DNA of 63,862 bases, counting the filler, from Octopus bimaculoides (taxonomy: Eukaryota), in NCBI RefSeq assembly GCF_001194135.2. It is 7 parts of 7 records of this genome, joined end to end, with 100 filler letters (N's around TTAATTAATTAA, not from the genome) between each part and the next. Parts side by side here need not be neighbours in the genome. Positions count along the whole stretch, not along the records: positions 38,099 to 59,214 come from NC_068996.1; positions 59,315 to 62,446 come from NC_068998.1; positions 62,547 to 63,862 come from NW_026358934.1; 4 more parts are not named here. One strand, given 5' to 3'. This document shows positions 53,204 through 63,862 of the stretch, piece by piece. Below the pieces are notes generated by a model that did no database searches, was not told where the DNA came from, and worked only from the letters and a program-made list of their open reading frames with translations. Each line of letters starts with the position of its first letter. Position 1 is the first letter of the stretch. The position numbers were made by a program, and so were the translations under genes.

Positions 53204-56200
53204 TATAATTATTAGTCATCGAAAATGGGTACCATTTTCGGTGATTATGACATTTTCTCTTCATGTGGTCTGCCGGGAGCGGATGGTGAGGTAGCAATGC
53301 TATTCCGAAAATCCTTAGATCTCGAAATAAAGGCAATCTTCTTGGACCTGGATGGTAGGAACGTGGTCCTAGATGTGAATGGTAGCGAAGGTGGTTCCCT
53401 TGGGCTGATGGTCGTCTATGCTTCAAGAAGAACTGGAAGGCCAGAATTCTTCAGGCGTTTAGAAACATTCCTGGGAACGTCTTGCAGTTTAGTACTAGCA
53501 GGGGACTGGAATGGGATTTTGGACTGTGTAGGGCTACTACACAGAAGTGGGTGCAAAAGCCTCGAAAACCTACTTAGGCACTTCCAATTGTCTGATAAGT
53601 ATCGACTGGGTTTTCTTGATGTGCCAATGCGGACATCGAGCAACCACAATGGTATCTAGACAGAGTATTTGTTAGGTCAGGGGATAGGGATAGTGTAGGT
53701 TGTCCACAATTTAAATTGGTCGGCTACACAGACCACAAGTTTGTGATTTGCACAGTAGAGTTAGATAGAACACGCAGACAGGGACCCGGTTACTGAAAGT
53801 TAAACGCGTCCTTTCCGGCACGCAAAGACTACAGGCACTGGATTAGTGAACTAGTTAAGTGGCAGTTGATGGAGGCAATCGTTACCAACCGATGGTGGGC
53901 CTCCTTGGAGAGGGCGATGAGAGCAGAATCGATAGCGTTTAGCCAAGAGTTAGCAATAGAAAGGAATAGATTAGTGGATGAGCTAGTTAGAAAATTAGAA
54001 GGGGCAATTAAAAAGGGCATTACGACCCATATGTTAGCGGCTAGAATGACCCTCCACCATTTCTTCAAAGCGAAAGATGAAAGATGCGTTGTCAGAGATA
54101 AGGTGTGTGCGCTCAAACGGGAAAGAAAGCTGCCTGATAGGCTTGAACGGTGGAGCCGCAACGTGGAAACAAAACAACGATCAGGTCTTTAACGGATCGG
54201 GAAGGGAGCGTGCTACGCATCTCCGAGCGGCTGTGTATGGCTTTTCAGCAGCACTTCACGCATCTGTTTGGAGAGGGTGATTAGTCGATGACGGTACTGG
54301 ACTTCAGTTCGTACCAGGACGGCTGGTCGTGAACGTATGTGAAAGGCCGAAATTTGGGAGGTGATGAGCGAATGCACAAGTCGCAGATCGCCCGGTTTAG
54401 ATGGTCTGCCCTATGAATTCTATGTATTCATGCCAGATTGGTTTGGTAACCTCTTGGCAGACGTCTACCGCAACTGGCAACAGAATGGGAGAATTCCTAG
54501 TGCTATTAGCAGAGGTGTGGTGACACTGCTGAGGAAGGAGGTCAACAATGGGCACGTGCTAGAGAATTTTGGGCCTATAACTCTGCTAAACACATAGTTT
54601 AACATTTTGGCTAAGGTATTAACGAAAAGACTGGCGCTCGTCACCGGTAGCCTGGTAGGGGAAGTGCAAATGTGTGCATCCCGAGCAGGTTTATTCATGA
54701 AAACCTTCACCTTATGCGATACATCATAGAGAGGGCTGGGAACAAAGCTGGCTTCGCGGGTGCTCTGTTCAATTTGGATAAATCGAAAGCATTCGATAAG
54801 ATCGCCCATTACTACTTGGAAACCGTCCTGAAAGCAGGTGGTTTCGAACACGTTTTCAGAGGCTGGATTGCTGCAATGCAAGGTGGCATCTGTTCAGTGG
54901 TCAAAGTAAACGGCCACCTATCGGAACCATTTGGCATCACCCGCTTGATTCAGCAAGGTTTCCTGCTGTCACCTCTTCTGTACGTATTGTCACTCGATCC
55001 ACTGCTGCAGAAGCTGGAACAGCTAAGGGGAATTCCTTTCAAAGTGGGACAAGGAAGTGCAGTGTCAGCATACACAAACAATGTCACCGTCATAGTATTG
55101 AATACCTCTGAAGTGGAGACGGTCCGCCCCATCCTAAAGGAATATGAGTCAACTGCAGGAGCTAAAATCAACGCCGACAAATTAGTAGGTTTGCGGTTGG
55201 GCTTCCGTTTGTGAGGCTCGTCTTTCAGACTGGGCACCTGGAATGTTATCAGACGCTCACAGCCCTCTACCAGTCAGGCAATGGGATCAGTGGATGTTCT
55301 GTTTTAGATATTTATAGAGGATTAGTGGCGGGGAGGTGCGATGACATTTTCGGGGAAACTCTGGGCAGCGACGAGAACGAACTGGATAGTCTGTTCCAGG
55401 GGGCTTTCTGATCGGGTCCTATCATTGATAATTTCCAGATGTCCTTGGCCTGGCAGTTCTACCGTGGTGGGGGTGGGGGCGTGCTACCAGTCTGGGATAA
55501 ACTCTACAAGCACGAATTTGCTGACAGACGGGCTTGTCCAAAGTGCATGCAGAGTGACGAAACTGTTGTGCACTCCTTCGTTCAATGTCTGGGCATTACT
55601 GACTTGTGGAGTTATGTCGAACGGCTGTTGTCGCGTGTGGGATGGATCCGTTTGTCGACCGAGTCTGTTATGATGATCACCTCACCGCCTTTCTTTAATC
55701 ACGCAGGCAAGGCAGTTTTTCTTTGCCTGGTGGCTGTGATGAAAGAGGTTGTTTGGTGGACAAGGCTGAAAGACATGGGGACAGATACATTCCTCTTTGG
55801 TAGAGGAAGTCTCATTGACTTCTTCAAGTTTCACTTGAAAAGGAAATTAAGAGTGGAGAGGGAAGTGTTGTCCTCAAGTGAGTTTATTGAAAGGTGGGTG
55901 AAAGTTGCGAAAATGGCAAGAATGGATGGTACCTCTCTAAGTGTAGACCTGTAAGTCAGAGAGAAGGAATTGGAGAGGACACTTGCTCCTGGGTTTTCAG
56001 GGAAATCTTGGACAGTGAGATTCCTCAATTATCCCTAAAGCTCCATCCTGTAACAGGAAGGCCACATCACTATCCTCCTCTCCACCACCTTTTCTTTTTA
56101 AAACCTTTGTATGCTATGCATATGAGCCTTCTTTTACAGTGAATACTGTGTATATTTTTCTTTTTACCATTTCATTCTATGTAAACACCAACACTTTATT

Positions 56201-56240
56201 ATTCTAAAATATTATTCAACAAATCAATCTTGACATTTTA
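53204..56240 (+). mobile_element. Decayed, 5'-truncated non-LTR retrotransposon ORF2 (L1/Tx1 clade): AP-endonuclease, reverse transcriptase, C-terminal CCHC zinc finger, 3'UTR
   Basis: Collinear ORF pieces: EN (LVLAGDWNGIL, 53225-53659); RT (SPGLDGLPYEFY...PITLLN 54361-54597; IHENLHLMRYII...LDKSKAFDKI...QQGFLLSPLLYVL...SAYTNNV 54672-55214); C-terminus (SLAWQFYRG..LPVWDKL..CPKCMQSDETVVHSFVQC 55439-55954). Multiple stops and frameshifts; ends before a (TA)n tract. Confidence 0.95.
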
Positions 56241-56258
56241 TTTTTATTTTAATAGCAA

Positions 56259-56326
<68 letters not shown>

Positions 56327-56327
<1 letters not shown>

Positions 56328-56548
56328 CTCTTTTTTTTACTCTTTTACTTATTTCAGTCATTTGACTGCGGCCACGCTGGAGCACCACCTTTAGTCGAGC
56401 AAATCGACCCTAGGACTTATTCTTTGTAACCCTAGTACTTATTTTATCGGCCTCTTTTGCTGAACCGCTAAGTTACGGGGACGAGAACACACCAGCATCG
56501 GTTGTCAAGCGATGTTGGGGGGACAAACACAGATACACAAACATATAC

Positions 56549-56599
<51 letters not shown>

Positions 56600-56764
56600 T
56601 ACGACGGGCTTCTTTCAGTTTCCGTCTACCAAATCCACTCACAAGGCATTGGTCGGCCCGAGGCTATAGTAGAAGACACTTGCCCAAGGTGCCACGCAGT
56701 GGAACTCAACCCAGAACCATGTGGTTGGTAAGCAAACTAGTTACCACACAGCCACTACTACGCC
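56327..56764 (-). mobile_element. SINE family A, full-length young copy
   Basis: Reverse complement matches 36395-36770 along its length and also contains the CATCGCTTGACAACCGATGCTGGTG segment. Confidence 0.92.
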
Positions 56765-56925
56765 TATAATATAAAAGAATTAACATAGTAAGTACTATTA
56801 AATAACAAAATAATGAATGTTATAATATGATCACATTAAATAACCATGATACAAGTTATTACAATCTATCAACAGTCTTTGTATTGTCACCCTCATCTTT
56901 TGCCCTTGTGGCAAATAAATGAAAC

Positions 56926-57001
<76 letters not shown>

Positions 57002-57099
57002 GTAGTAGTAGTAGTAGTAGTAGTAGGAGTAGGAGTAGGAGTAGTGATTAATGATATTTATACTGCTGGTGTGCATTTTCAAATGATTTCAGATAACTG

Positions 57100-57830
57100 T
57101 TTTACAGAATATCAGCTAAACTCGTCAAACTAATTCTTTAACTAGTTGCTTCCTGAAACTATTCCAATTTTACTCAGGGCATCAGAAGTGATATGATACC
57201 ATTAATATAAAGAGCTGTTCTGATCATTCAGATTTACTCTAAAGAGGGTAACAACTTGGAAATCTTTTCCAAGTTTGTATTCTAGAAGTGCGTGGACAAA
57301 GCTTCTTTCGACAAATCATCATTAACAATTTATGACCAACTCTTTCTAGTCCTATATATACTATAAGCAAATCATTTGTATCCAGAGACTAAGGCTTCTA
57401 TCAGTGTGAGTCACTATTTTCTGGACCAGAGTTTATGAGTATGAAGCACACGTGATCAGATTATCCTCCTTGAGTATATGTGTGCTACAAAACCATCTTT
57501 TGAGCTGTCTACAAAATGTATAATCTGCTTTTTGACTTTATTGTACTTTTGAACCAAAGTACTTGTTATCAATTTCAGTTTTTCAAAAGACTCACAGTGA
57601 AAAATTTTATATGAATTCACTGTCATCTTTGATAATCTCATGTAAAACTTAAGATTTATTAGGGATAGATTTTGCAGCATACTTACCCATTCTCAGACAA
57701 AGTACATCTTGTAGGATTTTCGGCTTGTGTATTCTTGCACTGAGTGGGTGCTACACAATTTCCTTACATCAATTTATCCAAGAACAAGAAAAGCGTCCGA
57801 ACAATAATAGTTACACATTGGTCAAATACC
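57100..57830 (-). mobile_element. Probable heavily decayed hAT (Charlie/ZBED-like) transposase relic
   Basis: KYAAKSIPNKS*VLHEIIK..EFI..FEKL..RW, cf. HLAAKxLPxxLxxVLxEIIKxVNFIK..LFxxLC..VRWLS. Many stops. Confidence 0.45.
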
Positions 57831-58164
57831 ATGCATCTGGGACAAGAGCATAGGCGAACTGCTAGTGAAAACACGTCTGCAATGTTCAATGGCTGCGCTT
57901 CGAGTCAAAGATGCTAGCGAGGAACGCGATGAAATTTTTCCCACCAGTTTTTTAGCGCATGCACTTGAGGGAACTTCCGTAGGCCTTCCAGAAGATTCCG
58001 ACCCACGCATGCATGCTGAAAACTCTCAAAATGACGTCACTACAATCTTGCTAGTTTGTCTGTTGAATCATCTAAAAATAAGTGCATGCAGACTTACTGG
58101 ATTGGGTTTAATACTGTGTCAATTGAGAATGTAATAACTGACTTCATCTTTTTTAATTTCTGCA

Positions 58165-58610
58165 TTGTGTAATACATTTTGACTATTGTTCACAACTATA
58201 GTCACCCAACTGTATTAAATCAACAACAGATTTTGAAGCAATCCAACGATACTTCACAAAGTGGTTAAGCTATTGGGAGAAGTTGAAAGTGCTAAAAATT
58301 TATTATGTGGAGATAAGACAGGAAAGATATGCAGACATCCAGATATGGGAAATCCTTAAAACAATAGCATAACTCTTTGATACTGAGAGCTTAACCAATC
58401 CTCAAGGTGGTCATCACTTAGTAATCCCAAAGTTCTCACTGTCCCTATTGAAAGTCAGGACCTCAAACTAAATCATCTTAAGGTTCAAATGTTCACTGCT
58501 TTTTTAATGATTTACCAAATATTGAGAAATCTACATTGAGTGGATGCAAATATATTTTAGAAGCACCTGAATACTCTGCTATTACAGACCAACATCACAA
58601 TAGGAAATGT
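58165..58610 (+). mobile_element. CR1/L2-group LINE 3' relic
   Basis: DYCSQL*SP..DFEAIQRYFTK..LSYWEKLKVLKIY.VE.RQERYA.IQIWEILK, cf. LDYCSQLWSP..LEAVQR..LSYWERLK.L.LYSLERRRERY. Confidence 0.78.
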
Positions 58611-58824
58611 AACAGCATGAAACTCTCTCATTCAGCAAAAATTAACAACTATTGTAACAGTTTCAATAATATTGTCAGTACTCTAGCTAGAAGTAGACCA
58701 CAAGCTGGAGCCAACAAAGAAATATATATGTACAAAATGGACAGACAGATTGATAGCTAGCTAGACGGCTGGCTAGACAGACAGGCTGATACAGGGATAA
58801 GTAGCTGGATAGATAAATAAATAG

Positions 58825-59100
58825 ATACATCTCTTTTATTAGCCACACAGGGCTCAATGAAGATGGAACAAATACAATGTAGAGCTTTTCTTTTTGGGAG
58901 GGGGAAGGAAGGAAAAAAAAAAAGGGGTGGTGTCGATCAAAAGGGAAGGAAAAAAAAAATGGAAAGGCCGATCAATAGGGATCGTGTATCACACAGTAAT
59001 GTTCTCGTGTAAAAAGAGGGGAGGACAGTTTAGGTTTAGCCGTGGAAAGAAAAGCCTACGGAAAAGACCACGGTAACCTTGGTCAATATTCTCATTGAAG
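58825..59100 (-). mobile_element. Probable LINE 3'UTR remnant
   Basis: Reverse complement is pyrimidine-rich, ends ...GAGCCCTGTGTGGCTAATAAAAGAGAT, and weakly resembles the 3'UTR at 56050-56200. Confidence 0.4.
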
Positions 59101-59314
59101 AAACTATAACAGTAAGTGACTCTCTTTTGCCTTTTTGTTTTATTATTTTTTTTTTCTTGGATTTTTTTTCTAGTTCATAGGGTTATGCTCAAGATGGCTC
59201 CGTCGTTCACACGTNNNNNNNNNNNNNNNNNNNNNNNNNNNNNNNNNNNNNNNNNNNNTTAATTAATTAANNNNNNNNNNNNNNNNNNNNNNNNNNNNNN
59301 NNNNNNNNNNNNNN

Positions 59315-59347
<33 letters not shown>

Positions 59348-59439
59348 TTCCCTTTAACCTCACCATCAGAACATCACACCTCTGCTAAAATTATATTTTT
59401 AACTTTCCTCCTCTACCTTCAACTAACTTTTTCGCCCAC

Positions 59440-59712
59440 ATAATAAATATTACATTCTCTCTACCTCACATCATGGACGCTTCTCTGTCCGCCTTTTTCT
59501 TTCTCCCTCTTTCTGTCTCCCTCTTCGCCTTATCCTCTTTTTCTCTCACCTTTTTTCTTTCCCTTCAACTAATCGCCTGAAAGCGTTACAATTACATTCC
59601 CTCCACCTCATGTCATGGACGCTTCTCTCTCCATCCTTTTCTCCCTTCCACTTTTTCTAGCTCCTTCTTTTCTTCCTCCCTCTTTTTTCTCTAATCTCTT
59701 GAAAGCGTTACC
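59440..59712. repeat. Imperfect ~145-bp direct repeat x2
   Basis: ACCTCA..TCATGGACGCTTCTCT..TGAAAGCGTTAC occurs at 59463-59590 and 59606-59710. Confidence 0.75.
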
Positions 59713-60094
59713 GACAGGATAAGTAACGCAATGACAAGCAAAATTATTATAGGATATTGCCGTGAAAGGGTTAGAAGATACAATGCATTGACATAATCCA
59801 CTTCTAAAAATTTGTAAACAGATAACAATAGAATAAATGCTGCTTCAACCAAACTAAGAAAAACAAAACACTTCATAGATATTTATCGGGCTTGATGGGC
59901 TTTTGAGTTGTTTTTAAGACGTTCAGTAGAACTAAGCAAGGTNNNNNNNNNNGATATATGTTGCCTCTCACTTGCCCTCTGAACTTCCTTGTCTTTATTC
60001 TATTGACTTCCCAGTAAGAAAGTAGCATCGCCGACTTCCCAGTTATCATTGAACAGCATCTCTGCATTAATGGCGTAGCTATATCTAGGAAGTT

Positions 60095-60325
60095 AAGGCG
60101 GTGAGCTGGCAGAATCGTTAGCACGCCGGGCGAAATGCCTAGCAGTATTTCGTCTGCTGTTACGTTCTGAGTTCAAATTTCACCGAGGTCGACTTTGCTT
60201 TTCATCCTTTCGAGGTCGATAAATTAAGTACCAGTTGCGCACTGGGGTCGATGTAATCGACCTAATCCCTTTGTCTGTCCTTGTTTGTCCCCCCTATGTT
60301 TAGCCCGTTGGGAGCAGTAAAGAAA
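60095..60325 (+). mobile_element. SINE family C, full length
   Basis: AAGGCGGTGAGCTGGCAGAATCGTTAGCACGCCGGGCGAAATG..TTCTGAGTTCAAATT..GTCGACTTTGCTTTTCATCCTTTCGAGGTCGATAAATTAAGTACCAG. Confidence 0.9.
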
Positions 60326-60879
60326 TATATATTTAGGAAGTTAATTATGAATAAATTATGCGGTAAAGGAAAAACAATAAAACAAAAGTGAAGCAATATT
60401 GTATTTATTTTCTCGGTTAGTTCAAGAGACAACTCTGGACATATTTCAGTATTATTACGACCTCGAAATAGTGATGAAATAGTTACTAAAAAAATGATTT
60501 TCTGAAGAAGGAAAATAGAATCGTTTAGACAATAAATAATTCAGAGACGACTACATCTGCAGGCAAGATCAAGAGTTAAGTTTGTGTTAGGATACTTAAC
60601 GCAGAGAGATTGCCTCTGTGGTCAACGACTCCTGAATAATTAAAAGAGAGAGGAGAAAAGAGCGGGGATGAAAAGAGAGAGAGAGAGGAAGAGAGAGAGA
60701 GGAAGAGAGAGGCTGGAGGAGAGAGAGCTCGTTAATAATATAAGTACAACATCGATCTCCTGTAAGCTTTGATTCCAAAGCATTTCCGGATTACGGGGTT
60801 TTTTCCGAACCAGGAATGGTCACCTTGGTCATCGAACTCTAAAACAAATATTTTATCTTGTTTTTTTTTTTGTTTTTTT

Positions 60880-60990
60880 TTTTACTTTTTCAGTCATTAG
60901 ACTGCGGCCATGCTGGGGCATCGCCTTGAAGCATTTTTAGTCAAATAAATCAACCCCAGTATTTACTTGTTTTTAAGCCTGATACTTATT
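60880..60990 (-). mobile_element. SINE family A, 3' end
   Basis: CAGTCATTAGACTGCGGCCATGCTGGGGCATCGCCTTGAAG. Confidence 0.8.
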
Positions 60991-61264
60991 CTTTCGAGAT
61001 CTTCTTTCGAAGTAAGCAAATGAAATGCAGGTTCCTGTACCGTGCACCGAGACCTTTTTTCACTTGCATTAAACCTATATTCTTTTCAAATGTTGGCGTA
61101 AACTTTTCATTACATCGACCCCAGTGCTTCGATGGTATTTATTCTGTCGACTCTGAAAGGCAAAGTCAGAACTTGCAGATGGACAAAATGTCACTAAGCA
61201 TCTTTCTTATTCAGCGTACAAGTGAGTCTCCCAGGTCACTGCTTTGTTACTTCTTAATAATACA

Positions 61265-62095
61265 ACGATTTCTTAACACATGTGGAATTATCATATAGCT
61301 ACTGTCCCAATATGAAGAGTATCATTATACATACTCAATACAAAGAGCCTGAATCCACTTGCAACTGTCGCGACCCAGTACCCTGTCCACTTGACCAACA
61401 GTATATGACTAAATCTATTATATATGAAGCAGAAGTTACTGCAGCCCTAAATAATAATACAACTGACAGGAAGACCTATATTGGATTATATGAAGGAGAA
61501 TTTAAAAATTGCTATGCCAATCACATAGCCTCCTTCTGACATAGGGACAAAAGTAAAGCTACTAAGTTGGCTAGTTATGTATGGAGTTTGAAAGATAATG
61601 AAACACCACGTGATTTAAATGGAAAGTAATTGAGAAATCCATGCTTTGTGTGAATGGATCAAATAAATGTAGACTTTGTTTGGCTGAAAGAGTGCAGATC
61701 CTGTTCAGATCTAAGATCCCCAACTCTCTATTGAATTCCAGGTCAGAAATTTTCAGTGGTTGCCTGCATATATATAAATATATTTTGAAGCATTGGAAAA
61801 TTCCGCCTATTCCTGACTGATTTGATATCTTTCCATCCTTATCTTTTAATGTCTAAGGAGGATAGCTCTTTTATCTTTTTACTTTTTATTTTTTACATTG
61901 TAATTTCTGTTTTTCGTTTTCCATTTTTCGTTTTCCGTTGTTTATTGTCTACGTTTTCTATATGCTGCCTTCTTAATTTTTCGCGCTTCTTCTATTATTC
62001 AATTTCTTTAGTTTGTTATATGTGGTTTTCGCCTGAAGAATATGTTTGAGTTTTGTCAAAATATAAAAGCATTAGTAGCGATTTAATACATGTAT
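61265..62095 (+). mobile_element. Penelope-like element 3' end: GIY-YIG endonuclease plus pseudo-LTR
   Basis: ELSYSYCPNMKSII..CNCRDPVPCPLD..TKSIIYEAEV..KTYIGLYEGEFKNCYANHIASF*H..ATKLASYVWSLKD..KWKVI..CRLCLAE..LLNSRSEIFSGCLH; one stop and frameshifts. Confidence 0.92.
62029..62081 (+). ncRNA. Degenerate hammerhead motif in the Penelope pseudo-LTR
   Basis: TCGC-CTGAAGA-[ATATgTTTGA gttttg TCAAAATAT]-AAAA-gcatta-GTA-GCGA. 4-bp stem I, 9-bp stem II, G12 changed to A. Confidence 0.5.
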
Positions 62096-62127
62096 TGTGA
62101 CCTTAAAATAAATAATGTATATAGTGA

Positions 62128-62305
62128 GGCGCAGGAGTGGCTGTGTAGTAAATAGCTTGCTTACCAGCCACATGGTTGCGGGTTCAGTCCCACTGCGTGG
62201 CACCTTGGACAAGTGTCTTCTACTATAACTCCGGGCCGACCAAAGCCTTGTGAGTGGATTCGGTTGACGGAAACTGAATGAATCCCGTCGTATATATGTA
62301 TGTGT
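62128..62305 (+). mobile_element. SINE family A, 5' half
   Basis: GGCGCAGGAGTGGCTGTG...CCCGTCGTATATATG. Confidence 0.9.
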
Positions 62306-62357
62306 GTTGATATTAATATAGATAGGTAGATATATATAGATTGATATATATATATGC

Positions 62358-62390
<33 letters not shown>

Positions 62391-62406
62391 GATAGATAGA
62401 TACATA

Positions 62407-62446
<40 letters not shown>

Positions 62447-62546
62447 NNNNNNNNNNNNNNNNNNNNNNNNNNNNNNNNNNNNNNNNNNNNTTAATTAATT
62501 AANNNNNNNNNNNNNNNNNNNNNNNNNNNNNNNNNNNNNNNNNNNN

Positions 62547-63545
62547 ATACTCTCCTTCATTTTCTACAATGCACTTACATCTATCTGGTAGACTTCCAAA
62601 GCTCCTCTTCCAAACTTCACTTGTCCCTAACGAAAAATACTCCTCAGTACTGTTCTGAAATCGTCTACAAAATTCATATTTTTCCATTGAAATGATTTTG
62701 AAAACTGCACAATGACTGATAATCAGATGTGTAAATGTCCGGCAAATATGGTGCTTGGGGCGTCGCTTCCCATTCAGACTGGGCAAGCGTTCGGAATGTC
62801 ATCCTCGCGTATGTTGCCGAGCATCATTCTGATCGAAGAACCTCATTCGTCTTGATAAGAAAGATGGTCATTTTTCTTTAAGAGCTGACTGACGCCGTTC
62901 AAGCTGCTCGCAGTAGATATCCTTTGTTATCTTTTGTACAAAGTGGACCAGAAAACTCATGTACCACCAAGCAAATTGTAACACCTTAAGTGGGTGAAGA
63001 CTTTCTTCAGCCTGGTCTGTCGGTATTTCTCCTTTTCCTAACCATTGTCTTCGGCGCTTGACATTCTTCTAGAGAATCTATTTCTCGTCACCAGTAACTT
63101 ACTCGGTCCAAAATGGCTCTTTCGTAGGATTTGACAGCAAAGAAAAACATTCGCTGTCTGCGCAAGATTAGTCTCGGGAAGTTTGTGAGGAACCCATTAA
63201 CCCAATTTGCGGACTTTTCCACTGGCACACAGATGTCGATGAATGGTTGAATGGCCAAATGTAAGTTTCTCTGGTAGTTCCTCAACAGATACGATGGAAT
63301 TTTGTTCTACCAGTTTTACAGAACATTCTCGTCGATCTCTACAGATCTTCCATGACGAGGCTAGTCCTCTAGGCTGTAGTCTCAGGCTCGGAATTGCAGT
63401 TACCCGCATTGACACTGGCTTACGCTTATTGACCGACACCCATGCAGTGTATTATTATTCATAGCACTTTCCTTTGCGTTGTTGCCTGTATTGAACATAT
63501 AAAGAAGTATATGCCGAATATGCTCCTTGTCACTTCCATTATAGT
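62547..63545 (-). mobile_element. Near full-length decayed mariner transposase
   Basis: Frameshifted translation: MEVT..HIRHILLY.FN.G; LVEQNSIVSVEEL..KL..GHSTIHRHL..SGKVRKLG*WVPHKL; TGDEK*I; QNDARQH; APYLPD..TSDY; RCKCIVENEGEY. These include the WVPHxL and YSPDLAPSD-like mariner motifs. Confidence 0.93.
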
Positions 63546-63862
63546 TTTGAAAAATAATAACTGCTAAAATCGAAATGCACTCTTCAAAATTTCCACTAAG
63601 AATAAAGGTATAGTAAAATTACTACCTTCTTTTATAGCAAGGTGATGCAGGTAATTCATCCCGTCGCACTCCAACCTTTAGTTCATGCATTTGAAAATGG
63701 TATATTTTTATGGGAAGATACAAAAGTGTGAAAATAAATAGCAGGAGAAGAGGAAGAACTAGAACTACAGACAGGAAAAGAAACAGAAAAAGTTAGTGAA
63801 GGAGATGAAGGTGACAAGCTATAAATTGTGTCTATAGAAAGACATTACAGATTTAGAAAGAT

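Noticed and set aside
60588-60630. ATACTTAACGCAGAGAGATTGCC, vaguely like the 5' end of U1 snRNA
   Set aside because: Lacks ACTTACCTG and the downstream stem-loops and Sm site.

Overview
Eukaryotic, AT-rich, repeat-dominated draft-assembly sequence with many N gaps and dense microsatellites. The SINE families, microsatellite load and gap style look like a coleoid cephalopod (Octopus) genome; this is recognition from memory, not a database match. No complete host gene can be supported, and most long ORFs in the track are microsatellite or N-gap artefacts. Real coding-derived sequence is almost all decayed transposons: a ~3 kb L1/Tx1-clade LINE (53.2-56.2 kb) plus two smaller Tx1 pieces, a near full-length mariner (62.5-63.5 kb) plus three other Tc1/mariner relics, a Penelope GIY-YIG 3' end, a Hero-like retroelement piece, CR1/L2-type 3' ends and a probable hAT relic. 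There are dozens of modular tRNA-derived SINEs. The most interesting signal is a set of short elements abutting (TA)n tracts that carry minimal type I hammerhead-ribozyme motifs (best copy 22724-22778). Two related ends form an inverted pair at 30.7/31.5 kb, and a similar motif follows the Penelope ORF. Other observations: two old degenerate minisatellites (25 bp and 42 bp period), and a CpG-poor domain (~38.5-58.7 kb) containing unassigned + strand exon candidates, which suggests a methylated gene body.
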